A stretch of 29,487 nt of DNA from Candidatus Hodarchaeota archaeon (GCA_029856365.1 JAHQWW010000034.1:1-29487); one strand, 5' to 3'. Numbered from the stretch's first letter, positions 18,382 to 29,112 are shown. Notes: generated by a model not told the origin, from the sequence alone. Program-made: numbers and translations.

Positions 18382-19419
18382 CTATCTGGAAATTTTTCGA
18401 TGAATATCTAGAATATCAGTCAACAAAGCATAACCAGTAGCTGCTCGACCAGCACCTGGCCCGATGACTGTTACATCACCCAAGTATTTCGTTGTATAGG
18501 TGAGAGCATTGATTGGACCGCTGACTGCAGCAAGAGGATGATCTAAGGGGATTTTTTTTGGCATAACATATGCTTCAACTGATCCATCATCCTTCAATTC
18601 TGCCCCTGCGATAAGTTTCCAGCGTTTGCTTTCTTTTTTAGCTTCATCTATGTCTTGAGAAGTGATTTTAGTTATTCCTTGGCATGGAACCTGATCCTTA
18701 GTAATATTACCTCCCATAACAACATTGGTCAGGATTACGATCTTTCCAAGTGCATCAAAACCTTCCACATCGGCTGTTGGGTCAGCTTCCGCATAACCGA
18801 GTTTTTGAGCCTGTTTTAAGGCTTCCTCGTATTTTAATCCCTTTTCCATCTCTGTTAAAATATAGTTAGTTGTTCCGTTGACAATTCCTGCTACCTTAGT
18901 TATTTTTGAGCTTGCTAAATTGTTAACGCCTAGATTTATGGCTGGTGTTCCGCTTAAAACTGTCCCCTCGAATCGCATTTCGACCCCATTTGTTTTTGCC
19001 ATCGAAATTAGTTCACGTGCAGCCAAGGCAATTGGTCCTTTATTTGTCATGACTACATGCTTGTGACATCCTATTGCAGTTTTAATATGTGTTATTGCAG
19101 GTTCTCCCGTGTTAATATCTGTCCAAGAAACCTCAATAATGAGATTAGCGTTCGTTTCTGTTATTGTTTTTAGACTATCCCATCCCTTAATCCCCTCTGG
19201 ATACTCATCGATCTTCCCAGTAGATTTCACTAATTCAAGAAGCTTTTGAAGATCTAATCCAACTTCATTGTAAACTGAACCTTTCATTTTGTCAGATACA
19301 GCAACAACTTCAAATTCAAAACCGATCTGATTTTTCAAATCGTTTTTTTGTTCTAAGAGTATCTCAGCAAGACCTTGCCCGACAACCCCAAATCCAATAA
19401 ATGCGATTCTTGTGATCAT
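18382..19419 (-). CDS. hom: Homoserine dehydrogenase (no ACT domain)
   Basis: GFGVVG, VVMTNKGP, FEGTVLSGTP, GIVNGTTNYIL, GYAEADPTADVEGFDA, GPGAG; AGGTGA RBS before ATG 19419. Confidence 0.95.
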   Translation of the reverse strand: MITRIAFIGFGVVGQGLAEILLEQKNDLKNQIGFEFEVVAVSDKMKGSVYNEVGLDLQKLLELVKSTGKIDEYPEGIKGWDSLKTITETNANLIIEVSWTDINTGEPAITHIKTAIGCHKHVVMTNKGPIALAARELISMAKTNGVEMRFEGTVLSGTPAINLGVNNLASSKITKVAGIVNGTTNYILTEMEKGLKYEEALKQAQKLGYAEADPTADVEGFDALGKIVILTNVVMGGNITKDQVPCQGITKITSQDIDEAKKESKRWKLIAGAELKDDGSVEAYVMPKKIPLDHPLAAVSGPINALTYTTKYLGDVTVIGPGAGRAATGYALLTDILDIHRKISR

Positions 19420-19435
19420 AGAGTTCACCTATTTT

Positions 19436-20605
19436 TCAGAAAGATTCCTTAATGTTTTTTATTGCCTCATTTATAATGTCAACAGATGTTGCATAAGAAA
19501 ATCGAAGATATCCCTCTCCTGCATCCCCAAAAATCGTCCCTGATAAACATGCTACCCCATTTTCTAATAATAATTCATCAGCTAATTCTTTGGAAGTCTT
19601 ACTAGTACTCTTTATGTTGGGAAAAACATAAAAAGCACCCTGAGGTTTCAAACAGGAAAATCCTGGAATACTATTTAAACCTTCAACTATTGAATCCCGT
19701 CTTTTGCGAAATGCCATCATATTTCTCTTCAGTTCTTCTTGTGGTTCTTTCATTTTCAATGCAGCAACTCCACCTTTTTGGATAAAAGCATTTACGCACG
19801 AAACCGTCATTGAGATTAATAGTCCCATCCGATCAATGATTTTCTCTGGCCCTATTACATACCCCAATCTCCATCCAGTCATTGAATAAGCTTTAGAGAA
19901 ACCATCTAAAATGACTGTTCTTTCTTTACATTCATCATGTTTAGAACAGGAGTAAAATTTCTCATCATATGTCATTTTCGAATAAATTTCGTCGGAAAGA
20001 AGGTAGATATCGTTCTCTTCTGCAAGTTCAGCTATTCGGACGAGTTCCTCCTTCTTCATAACAGAACCTGTCGGATTTTGCGGGCTATTTAGAATAATAA
20101 TTCTTGTTTTGGATGAAATTTTATCTTCCACATCAGAGGGATTTAACCGAAACTCATTTTCTTCTTTGAGAGGAAGTGAGATATTTCCTGTATTTAGATA
20201 ATGGACAACAGCTCTATAGGTAGGAAAACCTGGATTAGGATGAATAATTTCTTCATTGTGAGGATCTTTAATCACTGCACGAAGCATGTAGTAAATAGCA
20301 GCATTTCCCCCTGGAACGATGAGTATTTGGTCTAGAGACGGGCGGAATCCTCTTGTTACTCCTATTTCATCCTGAATAGCCTCTTTCAGCTCAAGAATCC
20401 CATGAGCTGGGACATATCCAGTGAAATTCTCGTCTAATGCCTTCTTTGTTGCTTTTTTCACAACTTCAGGGGTACAAAAATCAGGTTGACCTATCTCAAA
20501 GTGTAAAATCCGTTTGCCTTGACGTTCAAGTGCTTGTGCCCGTGACAAAACATCAAAAATTCCTGCTCCCGTACGTAAACCCTCAAAATCGAGCATATTT
20601 TTCAC
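19436..20605 (-). CDS. Class I/II PLP-dependent aminotransferase (aspartate aminotransferase-like)
   Basis: EIGQPDF, NSPQNPTG, SDEIY, GFSKAYSMTGWRLGY, PQGAFY, LRFSYA. Confidence 0.93.
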   Translation of the reverse strand: MKNMLDFEGLRTGAGIFDVLSRAQALERQGKRILHFEIGQPDFCTPEVVKKATKKALDENFTGYVPAHGILELKEAIQDEIGVTRGFRPSLDQILIVPGGNAAIYYMLRAVIKDPHNEEIIHPNPGFPTYRAVVHYLNTGNISLPLKEENEFRLNPSDVEDKISSKTRIIILNSPQNPTGSVMKKEELVRIAELAEENDIYLLSDEIYSKMTYDEKFYSCSKHDECKERTVILDGFSKAYSMTGWRLGYVIGPEKIIDRMGLLISMTVSCVNAFIQKGGVAALKMKEPQEELKRNMMAFRKRRDSIVEGLNSIPGFSCLKPQGAFYVFPNIKSTSKTSKELADELLLENGVACLSGTIFGDAGEGYLRFSYATSVDIINEAIKNIKESF

Positions 20606-21898
20606 TCAGCGATGATGAAGATTACGTGCTGCGATAAACGAAATACCATTCTCAGTGAGAATACGTGCAGTGGTATTGATAGCATCATGTCTATCTAGAT
20701 AATTAATCCGTAGTGCATCCCAGTGATTAGCGTTTATAATATCTTCTTTAGCACGAAAATAATCCAAAATATCTGTGGGATGATCTCGCTTACTATCTAC
20801 TTCAACATCACCACCCTCGTGCTTCGCGCTCACATTCTTAACTTTTAGTGCCAGCTCAACTAATTCCTGACGACGATCGTAAGGTTGTCTTACTATACTT
20901 TTTTGAGTTTCAATTACGTGATGTTCCAAACGAACAACGTCTTCAAAACCAAATTCGTTCCGAATATATGCACTTAATTCGATCGTTTGATTATTCACCG
21001 AATTGGCAAGATTAAATCCGATCAATGGGCTACTACCATCCTCACGTGCAAATAATTTGGCAGTAAGAAGTGTCCAGAGACAAGAGTATGGATTATCATT
21101 ACCCATGTATACTGATATCTTGAATTCATTATTGATCCCCAGCTTGTAGAGAAAGTAACCCAAAAGAACTGTACCAGGGTTAATATTGAGTACTTGCTCA
21201 ACACCGTAATTTGTGTAATAATACAAATATTCATCTACCCATTTAATAGCAAAATCATTAGGTTGGCCAACACCACCAAAATAGCCAGTGATAGTCTCTG
21301 GACCACCCAGATGAACATTGACAGGGTTACCATCAGGACCAGGAGTAGTACCTTTTGTGTCTAAAGTTTCAACATAAGTTGCACCGATGATCTGCATAGC
21401 TGCAGCCATCGCTAACAAATCTCCATCTTCTTCTTGTTCTTTCATTCTTCTAACACGAATGATTCGTCCAGGCATCAAATCTTGGTTATCAATAGCACGT
21501 TGGGCTCCTTCAATTAAGAAAGGAAAATATTGGCATGCTGATAGTTCTAAAGTCACAGCAAAAGATTCATCAAACTTAAAACTGGCATAATCAGCCCCTA
21601 GTATTTTCCGACGATAATCATTGATACTAATGAAAGCCCGTTGATCACGTTGGGCATATAACCACTCAAGATCTTTCACATATTCAGGTTTTTTCTTTTC
21701 TAGCTGACTGAATAGGTTATCTAGATCCTTTGCTTCCTCTGCTTTTCGATTAATCTCATTTACTCCGCCATATTTATCTATAAGTTCTAAGAGATCATTT
21801 ATAAGTGGATTGTTTCCCTGTAACAGAAAATTATTGATTTCCTTCAGATTCTGCTCAGATATTTGTAATTTTTCTTGCAGTTCATTTTGGCTATTCAT
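20606..21898 (-). CDS. Uncharacterised soluble protein, enzyme-like (possible TIM barrel)
   Basis: 430 aa ORF heading the operon, GGAG RBS, abuts the aminotransferase gene. Gly/His/Glu-rich blocks VETLDTKGT, NVHLGGPETITGYFGGVGQPN, RLEHH, AKHEGG. No family recognised. Confidence 0.75.
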   Translation of the reverse strand: MNSQNELQEKLQISEQNLKEINNFLLQGNNPLINDLLELIDKYGGVNEINRKAEEAKDLDNLFSQLEKKKPEYVKDLEWLYAQRDQRAFISINDYRRKILGADYASFKFDESFAVTLELSACQYFPFLIEGAQRAIDNQDLMPGRIIRVRRMKEQEEDGDLLAMAAAMQIIGATYVETLDTKGTTPGPDGNPVNVHLGGPETITGYFGGVGQPNDFAIKWVDEYLYYYTNYGVEQVLNINPGTVLLGYFLYKLGINNEFKISVYMGNDNPYSCLWTLLTAKLFAREDGSSPLIGFNLANSVNNQTIELSAYIRNEFGFEDVVRLEHHVIETQKSIVRQPYDRRQELVELALKVKNVSAKHEGGDVEVDSKRDHPTDILDYFRAKEDIINANHWDALRINYLDRHDAINTTARILTENGISFIAARNLHHR

Positions 21899-22160
21899 AG
21901 ATAGATTCTCCTAGGTAATTCTTCTATTGTTTCAAAAAAAAACCATTCTCTACAATATTATTTAGATATTTTATTTAATTAACTCATTTGTGGTTAAGTT
22001 AAAATTCTACATTGTAATTTAAAAAAATTATTTAGTATTACCTTTGATTTTTGTCCTTTTTGAACTCTTTTAAGGATCATTATAACTGATTCTTTCTTTC
22101 ATCAGCCAAATAGTGGTTTTTTTCTGCTTGGAAACTTTTAATTGTTCCGAAGACAAAATT

Positions 22161-22865
22161 TCAAAGGCTTGTATCAGATATAATGCGTCCATCATCCATG
22201 CGAATAAGTCGCATGCCTGGTTTAAGCATCTCCTCGTCATGAGTAACACATATAATTGTTTTACCATATTCTTGGTTAAGTTTGGTGATTAGTGCTATTA
22301 TTTCAAGACCAGTGACTGAATCCATATCGCCAGTAGGCTCGTCTGCTAATATGATTATGGGATCATTAGCTAAAGCTCGAGCAATTCCCACACGCTGTTT
22401 TTCACCCCCAGATAGTTCATGTGGATGGTGATTTAATCGATGATCTAAATTTACTAGATTAAGTAATTCTTTGGCTCTTATCTCTCGCTGTGATCGTTTC
22501 ACATTTGCAATTAACATTGGAAGTTCAACATTTTCCTGGGCGGATAGTATTGGATGAAGATTAAAAAATTGAAAAATAAATCCAAGTTTATATCGCCTTA
22601 TTTCACACAGCTGACGATCACTTAGTGTCTGTAGATCATCTCCTAATACCTTGACATTCCCTGCTGATGGTGCTTCTAGTCCTGCAATGGTATTTAATAA
22701 GGTACTCTTACCACTCCCACTTGGCCCCATGACCATTATAAACTCATTTGGACGAACAGTAATATTTATATCACTAAGAGCATCGATTGTGTGCGCTCCA
22801 AGCTTGTAACGCTGACTCACACCTTCCAGTTCAATGATATTCTCACTAGAGGACGATTTACTCAT
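22161..22865 (-). CDS. LolD/MacB-type ABC transporter ATP-binding protein
   Basis: GPSGSGKST, LSGGEKQRV, DEPTGDMD, VTHD; GAGGTGA RBS favours ATG 22865. Confidence 0.95.
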   Translation of the reverse strand: MSKSSSSENIIELEGVSQRYKLGAHTIDALSDINITVRPNEFIMVMGPSGSGKSTLLNTIAGLEAPSAGNVKVLGDDLQTLSDRQLCEIRRYKLGFIFQFFNLHPILSAQENVELPMLIANVKRSQREIRAKELLNLVNLDHRLNHHPHELSGGEKQRVGIARALANDPIIILADEPTGDMDSVTGLEIIALITKLNQEYGKTIICVTHDEEMLKPGMRLIRMDDGRIISDTSL

Positions 22866-22878
22866 TTTAATGATCACC

Positions 22879-23730
22879 TCAAGCTGGAATGATTGTTATA
22901 TGGCCATCAATTAGTTCTAACTTCGCGTGTTTTTTCAAACCCGCTTTATTTCGCAGCTCTTCTGGAATACGAATGTTTCCATGATCATCTATGTAGAAAA
23001 TTTCTTCTCGTTCTGAAACTGATTTCTCTGGATCAATTGCGCGATGCATACCAATTATTTGCCCATCAAGAATATTCACAGCTTGTTTAGTCATGTTAGC
23101 AAATCGATGGTCATGAGTTACTACAACAAATGTTGTTCCTAGTTCTCTGTTTATTTCTTGAAAATAATCAATGATTTTAAAAGTTGTTACACTATCTAGT
23201 TCACCTGTGGGTTCATCTGCAAGAATAATTGCTGGATCATTGGCCAATGCAACAGCGATTCCCACTCGTTGGGCTTCTCCCCCAGATAACTCGTGAGGTT
23301 TATGATTAACTCTTTTTTCTAGACCAACTCTCTTTAACAATTCAAGTGTTCTTTGTTTTTGTTTCTGAAGTCCCCACCGACTTGTCATTTTCATTGGAAA
23401 GATGACATTCTCAAAAGCAGTGATGTTCCATATGAGATTTCTTTGAGGGAACTGGTAAAGAAAACCAACTTGATGACGACGATATTCAACCAATTCTTTT
23501 TTCTTCATTTTGTTAATGACTTGACCATCGACAATTATGTTTCCTGAGGATGGTTTATCTATTCCACCTATTAAATTGATGAGAGTGCTTTTACCTGCTC
23601 CGCTTGGTCCAATAATTGCGCTCATTTCACCTTTATCTGCCGCTAATTCTATGCCTCGTAAGGCTGGTACTTGGATTTTAATCACTGGATCTGTATAAAG
23701 CTTAAATACATCTTGACATTCGAGAAACAT
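22879..23730 (-). CDS. ABC ATPase with C-terminal AbrB/SpoVT-like extension
   Basis: GPSGAGKST, LSGGEAQRV, DEPTGELD, VTHD, then YIDDHGNIRIPEELRNKAGLKKHAKLELIDGHITIIP (D..G.I.IP...R...G swapped-hairpin pattern). Confidence 0.9.
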   Translation of the reverse strand: MFLECQDVFKLYTDPVIKIQVPALRGIELAADKGEMSAIIGPSGAGKSTLINLIGGIDKPSSGNIIVDGQVINKMKKKELVEYRRHQVGFLYQFPQRNLIWNITAFENVIFPMKMTSRWGLQKQKQRTLELLKRVGLEKRVNHKPHELSGGEAQRVGIAVALANDPAIILADEPTGELDSVTTFKIIDYFQEINRELGTTFVVVTHDHRFANMTKQAVNILDGQIIGMHRAIDPEKSVSEREEIFYIDDHGNIRIPEELRNKAGLKKHAKLELIDGHITIIPA

Positions 23731-26586
23731 TCATTCCACCTTTAAAACTCGACTTATATCTTTCTTTGTTGCTTTATATGCTATTATAAGAGTTCCTATT
23801 GTAGCAACAAAAATAACAAGAGCTAAGAAACTAAAAATGAAGTCGAAAGGATAAGCTACCACAATTGGAGGTACCGTTCTGCCCATTTGAGTTACCAAGA
23901 GGAAAATAGTCGTATTTACTAACCCTGTTCCAAAACCGATAACTAATCCAAAGAAAAGTATTGATAATCCTTCAATACTGAACAAAATTGCTGTTTGAGT
24001 ACGAGTCATACCTAAAGCTCGTTCCACTCCTATTTCTTTCCCTCGTTCAAGATATGTGAAAAGAGAGAACATTACCGTCCCTAAAACTGAAATTATAATA
24101 CAAACAGAAAGCGCGGTATTAAGGATTGCCAATATAAAACGTCGTTCGACACTTTTAATATAATTTTGATAATCAAGCATCGCAGAATAAGTATGAGGAG
24201 TTTGGATTGATAGATATTTAACAGTATTATAGACAACTTCAGGATTGCATGTAGGTTCCAACTCACAAAGAATACTTGAATCGTAAATTGCTACATATTC
24301 ATACTTATTTAAGTCATAAAACATACCTAGGCTTCCTATTACAAATATTGAATCAACAGGAGCCCATTCATATTCCTGATACTGAGGCCATAGATTAAAC
24401 GTGCCAACAATTGAATAATTACGATAATCTGAATCTCTTGCATAAAATAAGCTTTTATTGTAAAAATGAAACCCAAATGAATCATTTATCTCTAAATTAG
24501 GATATTTATCCATATTTTCTTTGTAGAGAATGATTGATTGATTATCTGCTATCTTTTCCATAAGAGTGGTAAGAGGTGAACTAATACCAAATCGTTCTTC
24601 ATCGAAAAAGGCAATTTCTGCATAAGATCGGGGATCTACAAAACAAAAAATGTAATATTGTGTTCCTGTTTCACTAGGGGTATTAGCGAAGAATGTTTGA
24701 GTAACGCGAGAGATACCTGATATGTTCTGTACCGTATGAAGCAAAGATACATCACTATATTCACCAACAATGTTAACTTTAAGATCAGCCCCAGTGTAGT
24801 AATAGTACTCCATTTTTTTAGTTTCATCAACAGAAATTGTTAAAGAGCCAGAAATAATAGTGTATGAGATTGCTAAAGTGATCAAAATGACCGCTTGGCT
24901 TGCTGCCTCTTTATGACGTACTACGTTTCTTAATGCAAAAGCTCCAAGTTTTCCTCTTTTTTTCCATAGAAATTGAGCTAGATTTTTGATAAAAAGAGGG
25001 AAAAGTCTCGCAATCAATAGAATTGATCCAAAAAATAGCAAAAAAGGCGTGGGAACACCCACTAATAAGAAAATAACAGGCAATAAGGGAATAAACTCTC
25101 CACTTGACACAATAATATTCCCTATTTCATTAATTATGAAATAGCCAGCTAAACCCAAAATAGTAGCTATTACATCAAGATAATAGCGCTTCCAAAATGG
25201 AGAAATTCTTTCTACTGGAATGATTGATTCCTGAATAGTCATTCGGGTATATTGAATCATTGCAGATACATTAAGGATAATTGTTATAATTATGACAAAG
25301 ATAAACAAAGTTTGAATGAGATTGGCTGAAATTTTTACTGGTAGTGTCTTACCAGAAAAGTCAAGAAAGTTTACAGACCTTATGATAGTACCAGTTACGA
25401 AATATCCAAGAGTAAATCCACAGATGAGGGTTATACCAATTGCAACTATTGATTCTCCTATAAGAAAGATAAATACTTGTTGCCACGATCCTCCTCGCGT
25501 TTTAAGGATACCAATAGTTTCTTTCTTTTGACGTTTAATCAAACTATATGAATAACCGACAAAATAGACCGCGATTGCTATGACAGGGATATCTATCAAA
25601 AATAAAAGGATTTGTAGAATTCGTACATTTTCTATTACGATATCAAAATTATCTAGGAGGTTGTATACATCAAAAATATCTACAGAGAGGGTTTTATTCT
25701 CTAAATTAACAAAAAAGTCATTCATTTTAGTAAACAATGCATTAAATTTTGCTTTTTCTTTCGACAGATCATTAATATTGAATCGCGATTGATCAAGGAA
25801 GATCTTACCATGTACAGTTGATACAAATATATAGGGATGATCACCCATTATTTGTGTCATCAAATCTAAAGCTTTTTCTAAAGAGGTTAACATGAAATAA
25901 TTTTCAGAAGAATAATCTAAGAAAAGGTGTTCTAGAAGTAGTTTTTCTGCTTTACTATACTCCAATATTCCTACTATAGATACATTAACGGCAGTAAATC
26001 TAGCCCAGACTGCACTTGTTGGATGGATCCCTACATTAATGTGTTGTCCAATTTCTAATTGAGAATTATTCTCTTTTATAACTACAATAATCTCTGTATA
26101 GTTTTCAGGTAAACGCCCTCCAGGGTTCAAGTAGGATTCTATACTTGATAATACATCGGGTTCCATCGTTCTTAAATTAGCAGCCTGAAATGGATAGTTT
26201 GATGGGAAGTTCTCATAATAACCTAACTTGAACTCCCCAAACCAACGCTGTTTGACGAAATAATCTTGATACTCAGCTGCCTCGAAAGAATTAGTTACTA
26301 ATTGGGAAAAATTCTTATGATTATTGATCCAATCAAGCTCTCCACTGTCAACAGTCGGATAGAGCTCAATTTGAATCTCCCCACTGAAATCATTCCTTTC
26401 TTCGGAATAAAGTAGTTCTTCGATTAATTCAGTATTATATGATTCTATCAGCATTGAGCTTGTTGCTATGATTGTTGTAGCTATAACTAATCCGATTATT
26501 GTTGCTAGTAGAGCTTTACGGTTGTTTGTGATAAAACGAAAGGAAATATAACTAAGATCATATATTTTCTTTAATGAATCTGGCAT
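23731..26586 (-). CDS. Type VII ABC (FtsX/MacB-like) permease, internally duplicated
   Basis: RQKKETIGILKTRGGS and ERGKEIGVERALGMT coupling motifs; two large extracytoplasmic domains. Confidence 0.92.
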   Translation of the reverse strand: MPDSLKKIYDLSYISFRFITNNRKALLATIIGLVIATTIIATSSMLIESYNTELIEELLYSEERNDFSGEIQIELYPTVDSGELDWINNHKNFSQLVTNSFEAAEYQDYFVKQRWFGEFKLGYYENFPSNYPFQAANLRTMEPDVLSSIESYLNPGGRLPENYTEIIVVIKENNSQLEIGQHINVGIHPTSAVWARFTAVNVSIVGILEYSKAEKLLLEHLFLDYSSENYFMLTSLEKALDLMTQIMGDHPYIFVSTVHGKIFLDQSRFNINDLSKEKAKFNALFTKMNDFFVNLENKTLSVDIFDVYNLLDNFDIVIENVRILQILLFLIDIPVIAIAVYFVGYSYSLIKRQKKETIGILKTRGGSWQQVFIFLIGESIVAIGITLICGFTLGYFVTGTIIRSVNFLDFSGKTLPVKISANLIQTLFIFVIIITIILNVSAMIQYTRMTIQESIIPVERISPFWKRYYLDVIATILGLAGYFIINEIGNIIVSSGEFIPLLPVIFLLVGVPTPFLLFFGSILLIARLFPLFIKNLAQFLWKKRGKLGAFALRNVVRHKEAASQAVILITLAISYTIISGSLTISVDETKKMEYYYYTGADLKVNIVGEYSDVSLLHTVQNISGISRVTQTFFANTPSETGTQYYIFCFVDPRSYAEIAFFDEERFGISSPLTTLMEKIADNQSIILYKENMDKYPNLEINDSFGFHFYNKSLFYARDSDYRNYSIVGTFNLWPQYQEYEWAPVDSIFVIGSLGMFYDLNKYEYVAIYDSSILCELEPTCNPEVVYNTVKYLSIQTPHTYSAMLDYQNYIKSVERRFILAILNTALSVCIIISVLGTVMFSLFTYLERGKEIGVERALGMTRTQTAILFSIEGLSILFFGLVIGFGTGLVNTTIFLLVTQMGRTVPPIVVAYPFDFIFSFLALVIFVATIGTLIIAYKATKKDISRVLKVE

Positions 26587-27033
26587 AGCTTCTCATCCTA
26601 GTTTTTAATCAGAGAGAGGTTTTTGGAAATATCAATGATACAATGTCTAGAATATAGTTACTGAAGAATTTAAATGAAAGACTCATGAATCCAAAGGTAA
26701 TAATTGGAAATAACAATGAGAAAGATTATGATTGTTGAAATCGAAAATGGTTATTTAAATCTCTTCACACCTGCAGTTATTGTTGCAGCGGGTTAATTCC
26801 TCTTCATCTCGTTGGATGGTTCCTACTTCTTTTAACATGGTTAATTGAGGATATGGAAAATTCATTTACATAAAATGATGGGTCTTAGTAAGAGCGAAAA
26901 AGTATTTGGAAGTAGTTCACCTATCTTGATGGAATATATTTGCGAATAGAACTAGACTGGTTGGTTGAAGTTATGGAGAAAAAATGCCCCACCAAATCTA
27001 TTTCTAATTATATGATGTCAGTCTAACGTTTCG

Positions 27034-29112
27034 TTAGCGTCGAAAACCCTCAACTTTGTCCCAATCATGCCAACCAATTGGTGCAAATTTTTGACTTCTG
27101 GGTATCTCAGTATTTATTGTATAGGCAATAGCTTTTCTCAAAGTCCGACGAGTTATAATTTCAGTACTTATTACTGGTATTATTATCGTTAAAATTGTCC
27201 ATAAAAGGATAAAATTTACACTGATGTTTGTTTGAATCTGAATTGAAAAGCTTATGTACCACACCAATAATTCTGATCCAATTAAGCCATTTAAAATTCC
27301 AATAATTACTCCAGTTGTCACAAGGAGTGTTGATTCTACTAAAAGCGTTTGAAAAACCTCACTATGTGACAGCCCTATCGCTCGTAGGATTCCTATTTCT
27401 CTTTCCATTTTCAAATTTGTCATTAAAATGCTTAAGAATTGAGTTAAGGCTGCAATAAGAAAGGTATAAATGATAAGAACCTGAAAAAAAACCGTAATCA
27501 TCATCAAAGTACTTTCAATGACCTGAGCATAGAAATCAACTGGAATTATTTCATTTAAAGAAGGATATCTCCCCGCAAGCTGATTTGCGACAACATTAGG
27601 ATGGTCACTATCAGATGATAACTTCATAATGAACCAATTTGCAGTATTGTTCGACCAATAATTTTGAAATAAAACATTTGAGACATATAAATAATAACCA
27701 TGTTGAAGGAAGGGATTACCAGCTGTAATCCCTGTTAATATAACCTCAATACTTGAATTTGATGACACTTGGATTGTTAAATTATTACCAATTCTTCCAC
27801 CAATCAGATTTAGAAGTATATCACTAATTATTGCTCCTTTTCTTGTCGCATTTAATAAAGCTGGGATGTCTGTATCAAGTGGGCTTATCATTGTTTCATT
27901 AAAGAAATACTCATAGGAGGTGGGGTTTATTCCTAAAACATAACCATATACGTTTTCAATCTTCGTTCTTTGTTGTTGCATAAATTCAGCTCTTTCTATA
28001 TCAGAATTATTCATTACAAGTTCATCGACAAACGATAGTGAAACCTGAGAATCATCTGTAGTCTCTGCAATAATATCAATACGTCCATAACGTTCTTCAT
28101 AATACTCAGGAACAGATTCAATAATACCAGCAGATGTGATACCTAGTATAAGAATAAATGAAAGAGCTAGTGCCGTTACCATGGTTGTAATGATTGATTT
28201 TTGCGATTCTCTTGCAATATTTCTAGTAGCAATGATTCTGGGCACACGTCCATGCCAGATCATTAATTTTTCTCCTATTTTAGGGACAAAATGCAATAAG
28301 CTGGTTTCGAGAAGCAAGATTCCCAGAAAAACTAATCCAATAGCAAAAAAAGGCCAGGAAATTATTTCAAATGATAGGAATTCGCTTGAACTTATTGAAT
28401 TGGCCGTTACAAAACCAATAATAACTACTATTGCGCCAATTATCATAAAAAATAACCAGGATCTTGATTTAGACTTTTTCATCCTAGTTTTCAAGTGAAT
28501 ATTCTGGATAACAGGGAGAGAAATCGCCTTGAAAATAGGATATAACCCAGCCAACAATGTGATCAGAATTCCACTTATATAAGCGATAAAAAGTGAAGTA
28601 GGTTTGATTATAATAGTATCTAAACGTACAGTAGTAAAGTAAAAATTCAAAAAAAACATTGGAAAGAATGAAAAAACTATTCCTATAAGAATACCAATAA
28701 GACCAGCAACCCCACCATAAATTAACACTTCCAAACCAAGAAATACAAAAATTTGAAGATTGGAGGAGCCTATAGCTCTTAACACACCAAACTCTTTTGA
28801 TCGTTCTCTAATATTCATTGAAAGTACGTTGGTAATAAATAAGAATTCAACAACAAATGACACTAAGATAATGAGACTCATTGCAGTTTGATAAGATCGA
28901 ATAGCTAATATATCAGTTTCGCTAAGCGAATTCTCTCGATAAACATCATAATCTAATCCAACGAAATCCTGTATTTTTTCAGCAACACTATTAATATTGA
29001 TAAAATTTACAACTTTCACAACTAAATGACAGTTAACAAAATATTTAGAAGTGAACAGACTAATTAAATAGTCAAAATCGAAAAGAATGAAGAATAAGCG
29101 TGATAAATGCAT
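27034..29112 (-). CDS. Type VII ABC permease, N-terminally truncated (likely partial gene or pseudogene)
   Basis: ERSKEFGVLRAIGSS and EREIGILRAIGLS motifs. The ORF begins at what looks like the end of the first extracytoplasmic domain and lacks TM1 and most of that domain. No obvious RBS at 29112. Confidence 0.8.
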   Translation of the reverse strand: MHLSRLFFILFDFDYLISLFTSKYFVNCHLVVKVVNFININSVAEKIQDFVGLDYDVYRENSLSETDILAIRSYQTAMSLIILVSFVVEFLFITNVLSMNIRERSKEFGVLRAIGSSNLQIFVFLGLEVLIYGGVAGLIGILIGIVFSFFPMFFLNFYFTTVRLDTIIIKPTSLFIAYISGILITLLAGLYPIFKAISLPVIQNIHLKTRMKKSKSRSWLFFMIIGAIVVIIGFVTANSISSSEFLSFEIISWPFFAIGLVFLGILLLETSLLHFVPKIGEKLMIWHGRVPRIIATRNIARESQKSIITTMVTALALSFILILGITSAGIIESVPEYYEERYGRIDIIAETTDDSQVSLSFVDELVMNNSDIERAEFMQQQRTKIENVYGYVLGINPTSYEYFFNETMISPLDTDIPALLNATRKGAIISDILLNLIGGRIGNNLTIQVSSNSSIEVILTGITAGNPFLQHGYYLYVSNVLFQNYWSNNTANWFIMKLSSDSDHPNVVANQLAGRYPSLNEIIPVDFYAQVIESTLMMITVFFQVLIIYTFLIAALTQFLSILMTNLKMEREIGILRAIGLSHSEVFQTLLVESTLLVTTGVIIGILNGLIGSELLVWYISFSIQIQTNISVNFILLWTILTIIIPVISTEIITRRTLRKAIAYTINTEIPRSQKFAPIGWHDWDKVEGFRR

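Noticed and set aside
21974-22003. Imperfect inverted repeat TTTAATTAAC-N9-GTTAAGTTAAA upstream of the amino-acid operon
   Set aside because: Almost all A/T in a very AT-rich spacer, needs an indel, and no second copy was seen. Possible operator but unsupported.
22070-22267. 65 aa - strand ORF overlapping the ATPase 3' end
   Set aside because: Alternate-frame overlap of a clear gene; no motif.
25810-25824. ATGTACAGTTGATAC, resembling the GTRYAC dyad
   Set aside because: Lies inside a permease CDS and has mismatches in both half-sites.
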